Notes: generated by a model from the letters alone, not told the origin. Shown: positions 13,039 to 26,250, counted from the stretch's first letter. The stretch is DNA of 64,000 nucleotides from Octopus vulgaris (GCA_951406725.2 OX597834.1:19406001-19470000), one strand, 5' to 3'. Numbers and translations: made by a program.

Positions 13039-13561
13039 TAGCTAAAAAAGATTAAGGCAAAAACTTATAAAATGTTATGCAAAGCTCATCCAATGTACTA
13101 CGAATGCAGAAATGTGTCGAAACGATTGTAGTGATTGTAAATAAATAATGTTGTTCATTCCATTCTCTATCATCTATTTATATAGATGTATGTTATGTAT
13201 GTATGTATGCCTGCATGTTATATATGCATGTATGCCTGCATGCATAAAAGTAAAATGGCAAGTTAATTGGCTGGCCTGAAGTCATCTATCATCTACCAAC
13301 ACGCTACAACTTCAGGCCTTGCCTACCACTGTAATAATGGTTTTGCTTCTCAGTGACGGTTGACCTTGTGCACTTTCTACTCAGACAAGGACTCTCGACC
13401 CTCTTATTTCTTCTTCTCCTTTCATGTACATTGTGTATATTATCTGCAGGCCCTTTTGTAATCCGTGTCATCATTACTCCTCTTTCAATGTTATCTCTCA
13501 AGGAATCCCTTCTTACTCACATTTTATCTCCACTTGGAATCACCAGCTTAGAACTACTTAA

Positions 13562-13737
13562 CCCCTTACCCAACAATTATTTTGAAAATAAATGTATTTT
13601 TTCAGACATATTTTTTAATTGTTTTATTTTTTAATTGTCGATTTTGGCGAGTCTATCTTTTGACGAGTTAACTCGCCAGAGATAGAAAAAAACGATTTAG
13701 GTCAAAACGCATATATTCGTTTCTGCCGGGTAAGGGG
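13562..13737. mobile_element. piggyBac-type MITE
   Basis: TTAA|CCCCTTACCCAACA ... TGCCGGGTAAGGGG|TTAA: TTAA duplication (13558-13561, 13738-13741) and CCC-initiated TIRs. Confidence 0.85.
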
Positions 13738-14109
13738 TTAAAGGAACCACATTAAGCTCACCAGACTTGGATGCTTGTGATGTCAGTGGACATGTCTCTG
13801 CTTTCTGACCAAAAAAGAATAATCAAGCAAATCTGTTTATGCTTCCAAAGGTTCTACTGTTTAGCTTTCCTTTTTATCATGTGTCACTGGTAAGATTCCT
13901 GGCTTGATGTAGAATATATTCCTAACAGTGATGTGAAATAAAAGAACAGAGAATTAGACTCGACACAGGAATACTATAAAACCCCATGCAGTGAGTTAGA
14001 GCTCATAACTTACGAGCAGCTAATCCAATTCCTTATCCACTAGGCTATTAACATCACAGAGTGCTGAAACTGAAAGATTTAATTCATAAACAATTGGGTT
14101 TTGTGCCAT

Positions 14110-14390
14110 CTTGAGAATTCTTTCCAATTCAAGAAAATGCCATATACTTTTGTATAAATAAAAGGCATCCATAGTGATATATGCTGCAATTGCATTCCAG
14201 AATGTCACCAGCAACAGTGAATATCAAAATCATGATTGACTGTAGTCATTATGTTTTACATATAAGCTTGCCTGGCAACACATTCCCTTCATCATCTGTA
14301 GACTGAAACTCATTACAGTTTCTATACCTTCCGGCGTTATCACTTCCTTCAATGTGCAAAGCAATATTATCACTGCACACAAGATATAAT
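14110..14390 (-). pseudogene. Possible degraded piggyBac transposase C-terminal relic
   Basis: Fragments VIILLCTL..PEGI..KG and LVTFWNAIAAY..AFYLY loosely resemble PGBD motifs (VILLST..KPE.I..KGGVD..FYN..IAAYNAF). Confidence 0.3.
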
Positions 14391-14673
14391 TTCTAGTTTG
14401 TCTCATTAGTTGTCGTTATTTGAACACAATGCAGTCTCAAATATGATAAAACACTTTTTTTTAATCTAAAATTAATCAGTAATATATTTTATTATCTTAA
14501 TTAAAACACATATAAGGTGAACTCCCTTAAAGTTTTGAAAGTCACTAATAAGTCATTTGTGAGACTGGAGCTGTAGTAGAAGATACTTGCCCAAGATGTC
14601 ACGCTGTGGAATTGAATCTCAACTCTCATTTCTGCAGAGCACACTTCTTAACCACACAGCCATATACAAATAT

Positions 14674-14956
14674 TGTTGTACCACCAATTGTTATGATGGT
14701 ACTTTTTGACACTATAACCACATAGTAACAATAAAACATATAATGAAGCTGGGTAACAACAATGTAACAATCCAACAAACTCTCCACGAACTACACATGA
14801 ACCAACAAATGATATTGTGACGAACTACAAGAATGACACCTTACGACTTCCTGTGATTAACACCTGTTCTGTCTGTCTCTCACTCAGACCACTACTATTT
14901 ATAGTCATTCAGTAAAGTCTATTCTCACAGGGGGTGTCATGGCTTTCACCACAACA
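14674..14956 (-). mobile_element. Possible solo LTR
   Basis: TGTTGT...ACAACA termini, minus-strand CTATAAATA followed by purine-rich tract; flanks AATAT/CATAT match 4 of 5. Confidence 0.3.
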
Positions 14957-14967
14957 CATATATATAT

Positions 14968-15380
14968 CTTTTACTCTTTTACTCTTTTACTTGTTTCAGT
15001 CATTTGACTGCAGCCATGCTGGAGCACCGCCTTTAGTCGAGCAAATCGACCCAGGACTTATTCTTTGTAAGCCCAGTACTTATTCTATCGGTCTCTTTTG
15101 CTGAACCGCCAAGTGACGGGGATGTAAACACACCAGCATCGGTTGTCAAGCAATGCTAAGGGGACAAACACAGACACACAAACATATACACACACACTTA
15201 TATATATATACATATATACAACAGCCTTCTTTCAGTTTCCGTCTACTAAATCCACTCACAAGGCATTGGTAAGCTCGGGGCTATAGCAGAAGACACTTGC
15301 CCAAGATGCCACGCAGTGGGACTGAACCCAGAACCATGTGGTTGGTTAGCAAACTACTTACCACACAGCCACTCCTGCGC
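14968..15380 (-). mobile_element. SINE family A
   Basis: Reverse complement of 449-860. Confidence 0.85.
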
Positions 15381-15822
15381 CTAAATATATATATATATGC
15401 GAAACACGCATTGAGTCGAAACAGGGGCAGCTGAAGAAGGGGAATGTCCCTTGTGTTGTATGTGTTGTACTCTGTTTTTTTGTTGTTAAAAAAGGTCCGT
15501 TTCCTTGTTTTTTTTTTATGTTTTCGTTTCTCATTGTGTTCTACGTTTTTTTGTGGTGTCCTGTACCCATATATGCATGTATATATACATATAGATGTAG
15601 GTATGTACATATATGTATGTATGCATATGTTTTATTTATTAGATTGTTATATATATATATCATGAAGTATATTTGCCACTTAAATGTGGCTAACACTTAA
15701 GGGTGGATGCTACTGTAGCTTGTAGTCCCAGGAGGATGCCTCCTCCAGCTGGCTATTGACATGCTTTCTGTGCCCCATCAGTATTTGCAAAGGGGAGACA
15801 TCTTTCCCATTTCCAACTAGAT

Positions 15823-15881
15823 GTGACACACATGGACCCGAGTTTCTGGTTATTGACCCGTCATCAGCATGTGACAATCAC
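15823..15881 (-). ncRNA. Type I hammerhead ribozyme motif with GUC site
   Basis: Minus strand: GTGA-TTGT-CACATG-CTGATGA-C-GGGT-CAATA-ACCA-GAAAC-TCGG-GTC-CATGTG-TG-TCAC; 6-bp stem I plus 4-bp extension; mismatch at the base of stem II. Confidence 0.75.
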
Positions 15882-15970
15882 TGGTTGTCGATGTGAAGTT
15901 GTTCCCAATGCAAATATATTCTTTTTCCAGTGATGAAAAGTCACTGATCTCAAAAAATTGTAAGCAAGCA

Positions 15971-16040
15971 ATAATAAATCTCTGAGCGAAGTATAAACAG
16001 TAGCTGCACGACATTGTGAAGTATACCTCGCTCAGAGATT

Positions 16041-16046
<6 letters not shown>
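15971..16046. mobile_element. Short foldback/MITE with 25-bp inverted arms
   Basis: ATAATAAATCTCTGAGCGAAGTATA ... TATACCTCGCTCAGAGATTTATTAT (1 mismatch). Confidence 0.7.
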
Positions 16047-16078
<32 letters not shown>

Positions 16079-16080
16079 TT

Positions 16081-16239
16081 TTGTATTTAGGAATGGTCAT
16101 TTTGCCAGTTAGCCAATAAAAACACACGCACTATATATTTGGTATTACTTTGCTTCAGTGTTATTTATTTTTTACATTCATCTTAATCTTATTTCAGCCA
16201 GAGTTCTTTTGTCACACTCCTGACCATTCCTAAATACAA
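16081..16239. mobile_element. MITE-like element with 19-bp perfect TIRs next to (TA)n
   Basis: TTGTATTTAGGAATGGTCA ... TGACCATTCCTAAATACAA. Confidence 0.7.
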
Positions 16240-16505
16240 CAATATCTGTTTCAACACACGATTTCACATCAAAAATCTTGCAAAACAAATATATATATAT
16301 ATGGAAATAATAATGCAGTGAAGCTCTACAATAGCGTCGTATTTATATCGATTGCTATTTTCCAGTAAATGTTGGTGCCTTGTTGTACCATTTATCTACT
16401 TTTATATATATATATATATATATATATACAACAATTGGAAGGTGTTTGTAAGCCATTTAAGAAACACACAAAAGCCGTTCGATTCACTTCAACATTTAAG
16501 TTTAA

Positions 16506-16556
16506 TTTGTCAAAATATTTTCGTCACTTTAAGACCACGACCTGTTCACTGACAAA
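16506..16556 (-). ncRNA. Hammerhead-like motif, G3:C8 core variant (left arm)
   Basis: TTTGTCA-GTGAACA-G-GTCGT-GGTCTTAAA-GTGAC-GAAAATATTT-TGACAAA. Confidence 0.55.
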
Positions 16557-16575
16557 AATCCTTGCAGCACGGATT

Positions 16576-16625
16576 TTTGTCAGTGAACAGGTTGCGGATT
16601 TTAGCGACGAAAATATTTTGACAAA
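16576..16625 (+). ncRNA. Hammerhead-like motif, G3:C8 core variant (right arm)
   Basis: TTTGTCA-GTGAACA-G-GTTGC-GGATTTTA-GCGAC-GAAAATATTT-TGACAAA: 7-bp stem I, 5-bp stem II, palindromic AAUAUU helix III. Confidence 0.6.
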
Positions 16626-17798
16626 TTAAACTTAAATGTTGAAGTGAATCGAACGGCTTTTGTGTGTTTCTTAAATGGTTTACAAACACCTTCCACACTG
16701 CAATTGTTTTCCTTTCAGCACACGATCTCAGATCAAATCACTTGCTATGTGAGTACATCTCCGTATATATATATATATATATATATATATGGTGGGCTTT
16801 TTTTTTTTCAGTTTCTATCTACCACTCTCAAAGATTTAGTTGTCCTGAGGTTTTAGAAGACACCCCAAAGTACCATGCAGTAGAACTAAACCTGAAACTA
16901 TGTGGTTGTGAAGCAAACTTATAGCCATGCCTGTGCCTATGTGCATACTTAAGACTTAAAAATCCTGTCAGCTACTATCTGATTGGAAGATTTTAAAATT
17001 ATTCTTTATCTAATTAATCAGTCCCTGGTTAATCAAGGTTAGTGTCATTACTATAGAGTGAATTAAACAGAGTGGATTAGAGTGATCTTGAAAACTAGCT
17101 TTCTGTCTTCACATATACGGTTTATCAAATAAATTATCATATCACTTAATGAAGCCGATTGTAGTTGGTCAGTTTAAATAAAATGTTTAGTCGTGTGTGA
17201 AATATGTTGAACAAATAGATCAGTTGATTATTCAAAATGAGTTAATTAACCACTTACATTAATTATTCATTTACATAATGCATGATATGTTAATTATAAG
17301 CTGGCATTTATCAGATTATGTTATGGAAAACACCAACAGCTTCTGGAGAAGATTCTGTTCAATTAAAAGTGTTGAGTTATAGTATTCAGGTAGAAAATTT
17401 ATCAATCGACTCTTTAAGGAAATCAATAAAACTGGATGAGAAGAAAATTACAAATTACAAATTCATTTTCACAATCATTTAATTGGAATTCTATTCTTTA
17501 GAATTTGTATTTAAGAAGCTTGCATTGCAGCCGTGTGGATTTCGGTTCAGTCCCAGTGCACAGCATGTTGGGCAAGTCTCTCCTACAATAGCCCTGAGCC
17601 AATCAATGACTGAATTTAGTAAACAGAAACTGTGTGGAAGCCCCTTATATATATATATATATATATATATCATCTACATGAATAATATTTTTCTATATGA
17701 ATAATATTTTGTCTAATGACTAATTCATCTTTTGTGCTGGGCCACTGGTAGTAATCTATATTATTACCCTTTTGATTATATATATATATATATATATT

Positions 17799-18195
17799 AT
17801 CATCATCATGATCGTTTAACGTCTGTTTTCCGTGCTAGCACGGGTTGGACAGTTCGACTGGGGTCTGGGAAGCCAGAAGGCTGCATCAGGCTCCAGTCTG
17901 ATCTGGCAGAGTTTCTACGGCTGGATGCCCTTCCTAACGCCAACCACTCCATGAGTGTAGTGGGTGCTTTTCGATACGTGCCACCAGCACGGGTATCCAC
18001 CAGCACAGGATCAACTACAATTACCATTTGATATTTATTTTGATGTTGATGTACTTGACTCAATAGGTCTCCTCAAGCACAGCAGGTCATGTGCACTGGC
18101 ACAGAAGCCAGTCAATGCAACGCTGGCATCGGCCACGTTCGGATGGTGCTTTTTACGTGCTGCCAGCACAGGTATAGCGTAACTACAATTTCCAT
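17799..18195 (-). mobile_element. Family C element
   Basis: Homologous to 4088-4326 and 34813-35240. Confidence 0.8.
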
Positions 18196-19049
18196 ATATA
18201 TATATATATATATATATATTTTTAAACGTCTAATATTTCAATATCTATTTCTTTCTGTTGATTGCACCAACCCCAATGCTTAAATCCCAGTTATTTCATC
18301 CAGGTGGGTGTCAGTCATTTATGGTAGGAAAATGTGTGTGTGTGAGTGTTTGTGGTACAGCTAAATAAAAGAGAGTAAAAAAGTACTTTTTTTAGATAAA
18401 TGTAAATATATGTTGTTAACTATTTATTAAGGCTAGTATCTATGAAACAGAATTCACTGTCCTAATTACAACAATAATACATAATACACGTTCTGTAAAG
18501 AAATACTATGCTTTTTTATGTAAAAATATAGGCAGGAACCCATACAGTGGGTAGGTGCATGGATCTGGTTAAAGGAAAGAGCTTCAAGATACTCAAAAGC
18601 AAATCATAAGTTCAGTTTATATTACTGTGATGAATGGTATTTTTGTTAATGTTCATTCTGTACAAGTGACATTCATGTGCTAACATGCTACTTTTAAGAT
18701 AGCCAAATTTTATTTTTAAGATAACATGGTAGCTCTAATATATGAATTTAATCAAATTACTATTTGGGTTTTAGGCCTTAAACAATATTTTCATGTGTGT
18801 TTTTAAACTTCATCAGTGGGCAGTTTCTTATTTGATTGTTAGCAAAATTTTTCCCACAGGGGAAACCATGAGGCAGAGAATTTATAAAACTCCAACCCAA
18901 ATTTTGCAAAACTTTTTTTCCTCCATGTACAAACCTAAACAGGTCCAAACTGAACAAAACCTACACCAATCTCAACAGCATGAAGGGGCCTGTTAAGGGC
19001 TAGGTATGTTATGATATGCTATATCCCAACCCTTCTGATGACATATTTC

Positions 19050-19462
19050 TTTATTCTTTTTCTTGTTTCAGTCATTTGACAGTGGCCATGCTGGGGCATT
19101 ACCTTGAAGGGTTTTGGTCAAACGAAATGAACCCAGGACTTATTTTGTAAGCCTAGTACTTATTCTATTGGTCTCCTTTGTCAAACCACTATGGGTATGT
19201 AAACACACCAACACCAGTTGTCAAGCAGTAATGTGGGAAAAACACAGACACACAGATACACACACACACACACACACACATATATACATATATATATATA
19301 TACAACAGGCTTCTTACAGTTTCCATCTACCAAAACCACTCACAAAGCTTCGGTGGGCCGAAGGCTATAGTAGAAGATACTTGTTCAAGGAGCCATGCAA
19401 TGGGGCTGAACCCAGAACCTTGTGGTTGGGAAGCAAGCTTCTTACCACACAGCCATGCCTGC
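19050..19462 (-). mobile_element. SINE family A, diverged
   Basis: Reverse complement homology to 449-860. Confidence 0.8.
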
Positions 19463-20261
19463 ACCTATGTAATTTTTGCTCTTAACAATAGGTTTGCTTA
19501 AAAACTGAAGTTCTTCAACAAAAACATTATGATAACTGTGTGTGGTGTGTATCATTAGTGATTTAGTAAGTTCTGTCCACATTCCTGCATGCCCGTTTGT
19601 CTGTCTGTCTCTTGGGTTTGCGTACACAAAGAATAGAAGATGTCAGTAGGAGTACTTAATTCTGAAGTGATGTAACCAGAGAGAGAGGGAGAGAGAGAGA
19701 GAGTGTGTGTGAGCAAGAGAGAGAGAGATTTAAATAATGTTTATCAAGATTTCAAGTATTTTTTCCTTTGTTATGAAATGAAGGTCTGTCCACATGTATG
19801 TATGTATGTGTGTATGTATGTATGTATGTATGTATGTATGTATGTATGTATGTATGTATGTGTGTGTGTGTGTATGTGTGTGTATGTATGTATGTATAAT
19901 TTAAACCTATACAAAGACAAAAACAGGAAAAACCAGAAAACAACTCTTATCGGCCCCCAAAGCCATAACATTAACTTAGTATTCTGTTTGTTTATTTACT
20001 GGAGATTTTATTCCTCTTTTACATTAGATTTAAATAATAAATGCTGTGAAGGGAGAAAAGGGCAAGTTCATTGTATGTGTGTACGTGTATTTATATATAT
20101 AATATGTATATATATATACACCTATATATATATATATATATATACACACACATACTCATATATAACAACCCTGATATATATGTAAATATAGAGATACACA
20201 TGTATCTCTCCTACTCTCTCTCTCCATTTATATGTATATACATGTATACACACACACATAC

Positions 20262-20331
<70 letters not shown>

Positions 20332-21184
20332 ATGCACACACACACATATATATGCATATTTGTATATATGGTTCTATGCATTTGCATTATACATATATAT
20401 ATGTAATATGTGTGTAGATATTATATATATATTTGTGTGTATGTCTATATATACACAAGTATCTTTGTATATATGTATAAATACACATGCATACACACCA
20501 CACACACACACATACATGTGTGTGAGCATACATAGGCATACACACACCAAGAAAGAAATTTAATTTTTGATAACTAATAACGCAATTTGTGAGTTCAGGG
20601 AAAAGCAAGCCACGGTGATGTCATTAATGATAGCTACAGTACTTGTTGGATTATTGGTGTGTGTGTATGTGTGTGTGTGTGTGTGTATGTATGAGAGAAA
20701 GAGAGACACATAGATAGAGAGAAAAGAACATTGAGAAAGAAAAATGTCATCTCTTTTAAACATTTTAAGAAGGAAGACTTCTACTCCCACAATACATCAG
20801 AATTTTACTTCACCAAATGCTTACCATAATCTCTGAATAGCTCTAATCAACTTGTTGAATGCATAATTTTTTCATTTACCCTAATTTTAATCTTCTTGTT
20901 ATATAAAGAACAATGAAAAAAAATTGTGCATAAATGCATAAAAAAAAGTAAATAATTAATTATATGGTTAAATATTTCCCTGCAAGGCATATGTTAAAAA
21001 TATATTTTTCCTTACACATTTTTAATAATTATATTTTTTGATTAAGTGGTTTCATTTTTTTTCTGTTTTTTTTTTAATAAATTTTTATGTGGTGTATTTA
21101 TTTATTTATTTTTATGTGGGGTTATTATTATTTAAAATATATATATCTATACTTAAATACCTATATTTAAACACACATTGATCC

Positions 21185-22090
<906 letters not shown>

Positions 22091-22414
22091 GGGAGAGAAA
22101 GAGTGGTGTATGATAGAATTATTATCAATTTTACATTAATATTTGAAAAAAATGTTTGTGTGCTGATAAAAATCGAAGTACTGTTGTACAGTTACGTTGT
22201 AATTATTTAGTAAAACAGTAGAAATGTGAAGAAAGTAGAGGTTGGTGTATGTGTGTGTTGGCAAACAGTAATACAAATTATTGTAATAGTGGAATAATAA
22301 ATTTTATGATGTGAAGAAGAAGTGAAGCACAACATTTCGGGCAGGGAGGAAGAGGGAGGGAGGGAAGGCGTTAGTGAGAGGATTGGGGGCCCCTGTTGCC
22401 ACAAGGCTTTTGTT

Positions 22415-23025
22415 ACTAGATACTTCTTACTTTCTTTTTTCCCTTTGCTCCTCTAAATTTCTCTCTCTCTCTCTCTCCCTCTCTCCCTCTCTCTCCTCCT
22501 CTCTTTCTATCTCTCCCTTCTTGCTATCTCCTCAGCTCTTGTCTCTCTTCCTCTCACCTTCTCTCTCATGCCATCTTTCTCTCACTCTCTCTCTCCCTCC
22601 CTCTCTGCCTTCTCTCATTCTCTCCTTACTTCTCTCTCTCTCTCTCTCTTTTGCACTCTCCTCTTTTTCTCTCTCCCTTACGCTTTCCTTTTCTTGCTCT
22701 CTCTCTCTCTGTTTCCCTCTCTCTCACTCTTTCCTTCTTTCTCTCCCTCTCTCATTCTTTCAATCATTCATTCTCTCTCTCTTACCCCACCCCACCTGGC
22801 TGTCTCTCACTCCACCCCCTCTATAATGTTAATTCATTTATCCTACATCCCTAGTTGGCAATTCATCTCACCCCACTCTCTCACACCTTTTCTTTCACTT
22901 AATCTCTCTCTCTCTCTCTCTCACTCTCTCTCTCTCTCTCCCTCTCCAATTCTAATCTATCAAGCATCACCACTTGGTATTTCATCTTACTCCCACCTCT
23001 GTCTTTTTCTCTCCCTCTCTCCTAA
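22415..23025. repeat. (CT)n-rich polypyrimidine low-complexity tract
   Basis: Direct reading. Confidence 0.9.
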
Positions 23026-23240
23026 AAAGTTCTACCTTTCCAAAATGTTAGTCTTCTGTCTCTTCCTCATACAACAAGGTTTATTCTACACCAGTTTTGT
23101 GTCATATTTATTTATTTCATTGAGAAAATATTTAACCAACAAGAAACAATCTCCATAGACAGATAACATGATACCAAGTTGTTTCTCTCTTAATATATCG
23201 ATTCTTGGAAATGTCTTTAGACAGACTTATTGCCTACATA

Positions 23241-23396
23241 GATGTACACTATTAACATTATTTACAATTGACGGATATTTGTCCTCATCTTGTTCATTGT
23301 TAACACAACATTTTGGCTGATATACCCTTCAGCCTTCATCAGGTGTCTTGGAGAAATTTTGAACCTGGGTTCTCATTCCTAAAGTATTTTTCAATG

Positions 23397-23432
<36 letters not shown>

Positions 23433-23435
23433 ACA

Positions 23436-23483
<48 letters not shown>

Positions 23484-23544
23484 CGAACTTGGAATCTTGG
23501 GGTTAGTAGCCTGCACTCTTAACCACTACGCCATATGCCCGTGG
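23241..23544 (-). mobile_element. Family E second copy (tRNA head plus HHR tail)
   Basis: Reverse complement of 4779-5057; followed at 23543-23586 by an inverted copy of its own tail. Confidence 0.8.
23302..23347 (-). ncRNA. Decayed hammerhead motif in family E
   Basis: GACAC-CTGATGA-A-GGCTG...CAGCC-AAAAT-GTT-GTGTT; stems intact, GAAAC changed to AAAAT (consistent with CpG decay), probably inactive. Confidence 0.55.
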
Positions 23545-24544
23545 ACAAATATCCATCAATTGTAAATAATATAAATAATGTACATAATTCCTCATCTCTT
23601 AAATATAGAACTGTACATAGATGTAGTTGAGCATTTCTGTTACCAAGGTGATGTAATTTGCTCCAAGTTAGAAACGCCTGAATATACCTATCACCAAAAA
23701 GGATTCTAGCTGTGAGCACCCTGTTTTAAAGACATCTCGAACTACACTATCGAATTTGTCTATGATACTCCTTTAAGTCATAACCATGAGCATGATTTGT
23801 GAGATTTGGCTGTTATTTATTGTGGGATGACTGACCACACAGAGATTCATTCATTGGCTCAATTGTAAGCAAATCAGTTGAGGAGTTGACTCTAAAAAAT
23901 ATGTTTTGGAGTAAGAGAGAAGAGAAAGTATTTGAAGGTTTGATGTTGCTTTTGTTGGCACGAAAGGGGAAGATTGAAGTACAGAAAAGCTAGAAAAGTC
24001 TGCTGCATATTCTGCCAGCGCGCCGCCTTCTTATTGTTATTTACCCTCTGGTTGTTATTTACATGGAATGGAACACAATGTGGAGGATATCTGAGAGAGA
24101 TATTGTTGAGAACCATTGGGTGACGACTGTAAAAAGCAAGACCTGACAAAAGATACGAGACTGAATCAAAATGAGCTGTGAATTTCTGCACTACATACCC
24201 GCAACACACACACACACACACACACACACATGCCATTAGGGAACATTAAGACATTAAAACTATGATGATGATGTTGATACTGATTGTAATTAATACATTC
24301 ATATTTTCATATGCACTACAGTGTTTCAGTGTTAATGAAGAAAAATACAAGCCGTAAAATATATTATTGACTATTAATTAATTACCAAACGTCTGTATTA
24401 TTCCTTCTAATTCAGAAAATTTCGGTCCTTTGATTGATATACAAATATTCTGTTTTATTTTATTTTCATAATTATATTTTATTTTTATTTCCTGTGTTTT
24501 TAAGCGAACTTCTTTCATTCTTCCCCATTGTGAGATTCGTTAAT

Positions 24545-25360
24545 AAAAAAAATTTAAAGAGGAAGAAGAAAACAAAAAGCAAATTTGATGATGAAATGGA
24601 ATTTAGGAAATGATATTCACAGAGCTTTGTTTAAATGGTTTTCTTTGATGCTTGAATGATTTTCTATGTTTAGAACATAAGAGAAGCTGTTGCTAGGGGA
24701 CAGTTGTATCTGATGATGGTTTCATAAATATCAGCAGCTGTCTTTGAGGTATAATTTAAATGATATTACGAAATAAAAATTCTATTGAAGTTTTGCAAAG
24801 ATGGAGAGATGATATCAAATGATCTATTAGAATATATAACTTTTCTGCAAGAAATTTAATAAAAATCAATAATAATAACAGTCAGATATTATATAAATTC
24901 CAAACATATGAATTATTTAATAATTGCCACTCAGTGGCAGTACTAGGATATTTGAAACCTAAGGCTACTCCTACAAAATGCATCGTTTTTTTCTGGTTAT
25001 GACTTGGGAATACAACCAAATGTAAAAGCATTATAAAATATATATTCATCAACGGATGAGATCCAGAGATTCTCGGTATAGAATACACATACTAGTGCTC
25101 AAATGATTCAAACTTAGATTCTGATGTCTTTAGAGAGGACCAATTCCATGGGGTAGACAATGGCTATAAGAGGGATCAAGTGGAGCAGATATGAAGGCAA
25201 TTATGTAGATCCAAGTTGTTCTGTTTAATATATCTAATTTGTTTATCCACATAATTGCCTCTATAATATATATCATGTACAATATTGTATCAGTGCTTCC
25301 GTTGGAGATGATTCAATTTTCTGATACTGTTAAATCACTGTTCAAACAACTACTACAATT
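24545..25360 (+). pseudogene. Highly degraded Tigger/pogo-like transposase relic
   Basis: Fragments KRKKKTKSKFDD, NDIHRALFKWF, WFHKYQQ, YPHNC and LPLEM..VKSLFKQLL occur in the order expected for CENP-B HTH plus DDE_1. Confidence 0.4.
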
Positions 25361-25784
25361 CTTTATTGACAGACATAGATAATCAGGGCTAACATTAACA
25401 AAATATTTGTTATATATATATATTTGGTTTTTTTCCTTACTTCGTTTTTTTTTATGTTCTTAGAAAAGCTATGTTTTTAGTTGATTAACAGACATTGCCT
25501 TTGTACAAAATCTGTGGTGTCTACAGACTTTAATGCTTCCAGTGATTGCCTAGTTTGTCTTGTGAACAACACTGACTCTGCAACCACTGTGGAATACACA
25601 TGGTGTAATACATCTTAAACTTCATAGAATATAGTATAACAAATAAAGGAGCATTATGCTATTTAATATAATATTAATGTGAGATAAAATAGCTTAATGT
25701 AGAATAATATAGCATTTAATATAATATAATATAATATAATATGATATAATATGATATAATATGATATAATATTAGGGGGCAAGT

Positions 25785-26250
25785 GAAATCAAATCAAAAT
25801 TGCTGAAGTGGCAGATGACCATACCGCCTGATTGGTACTCATGCCAGTGGAACATTAAAAGCACATCTGAGTGTGATTGGCTCCCATGCCAGTGGCACAT
25901 AAAAAGCACCATTTGAGTGTGATTGTTGCCAGCGTTACCTTACTGGCACATGTGCCGGCGGCACGTGACAAACAATATTCGAGTATGGTCGTTGCCAGTG
26001 CCGCCGGACTGGCTCCCATGCAGGTAGCACGTAAAAAACATCTTTTGAGCGTGGTCGTTGCTAGAACCACCTGAATGGCACTCATTTTCTACATTCTCAG
26101 AGTGGTTGGTGTTAGGAAGGGCATCCAGCTGTAGAAACCTTGCCAGATAAGATTGAGGTTGGTGCAGCCTTCTGGCTCACCAGTCCGCAGTCAACCTGTC
26201 CAACCCATGCCAGCATAGAAAGCGGACATTAAACGACAATGATGATAATA
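25785..26250 (+). mobile_element. Family C element with ~4 diverged ~60-bp 5' repeats
   Basis: Repeated GTGCCGGTGGCACGTAAAAAGCACC-like units, then GTTAGGAAGGGCATCC core and (GAT)n tail. Confidence 0.8.

Larger units (their letters stand above)
16436..16763 (+). mobile_element. Penelope-like pseudo-LTR fragment with inverted 5' duplication (palindrome 16436-16695), flanked by (TA)n
   Basis: ~125-bp inverted arms around a 9-nt spacer (16562-16570); each arm has an HHR fold; right arm continues into unique sequence. Confidence 0.65.

Noticed and set aside
15432-15455. CTGAAGA hammerhead core
   Set aside because: Followed by a hairpin but no GAAA or stem I in the required position
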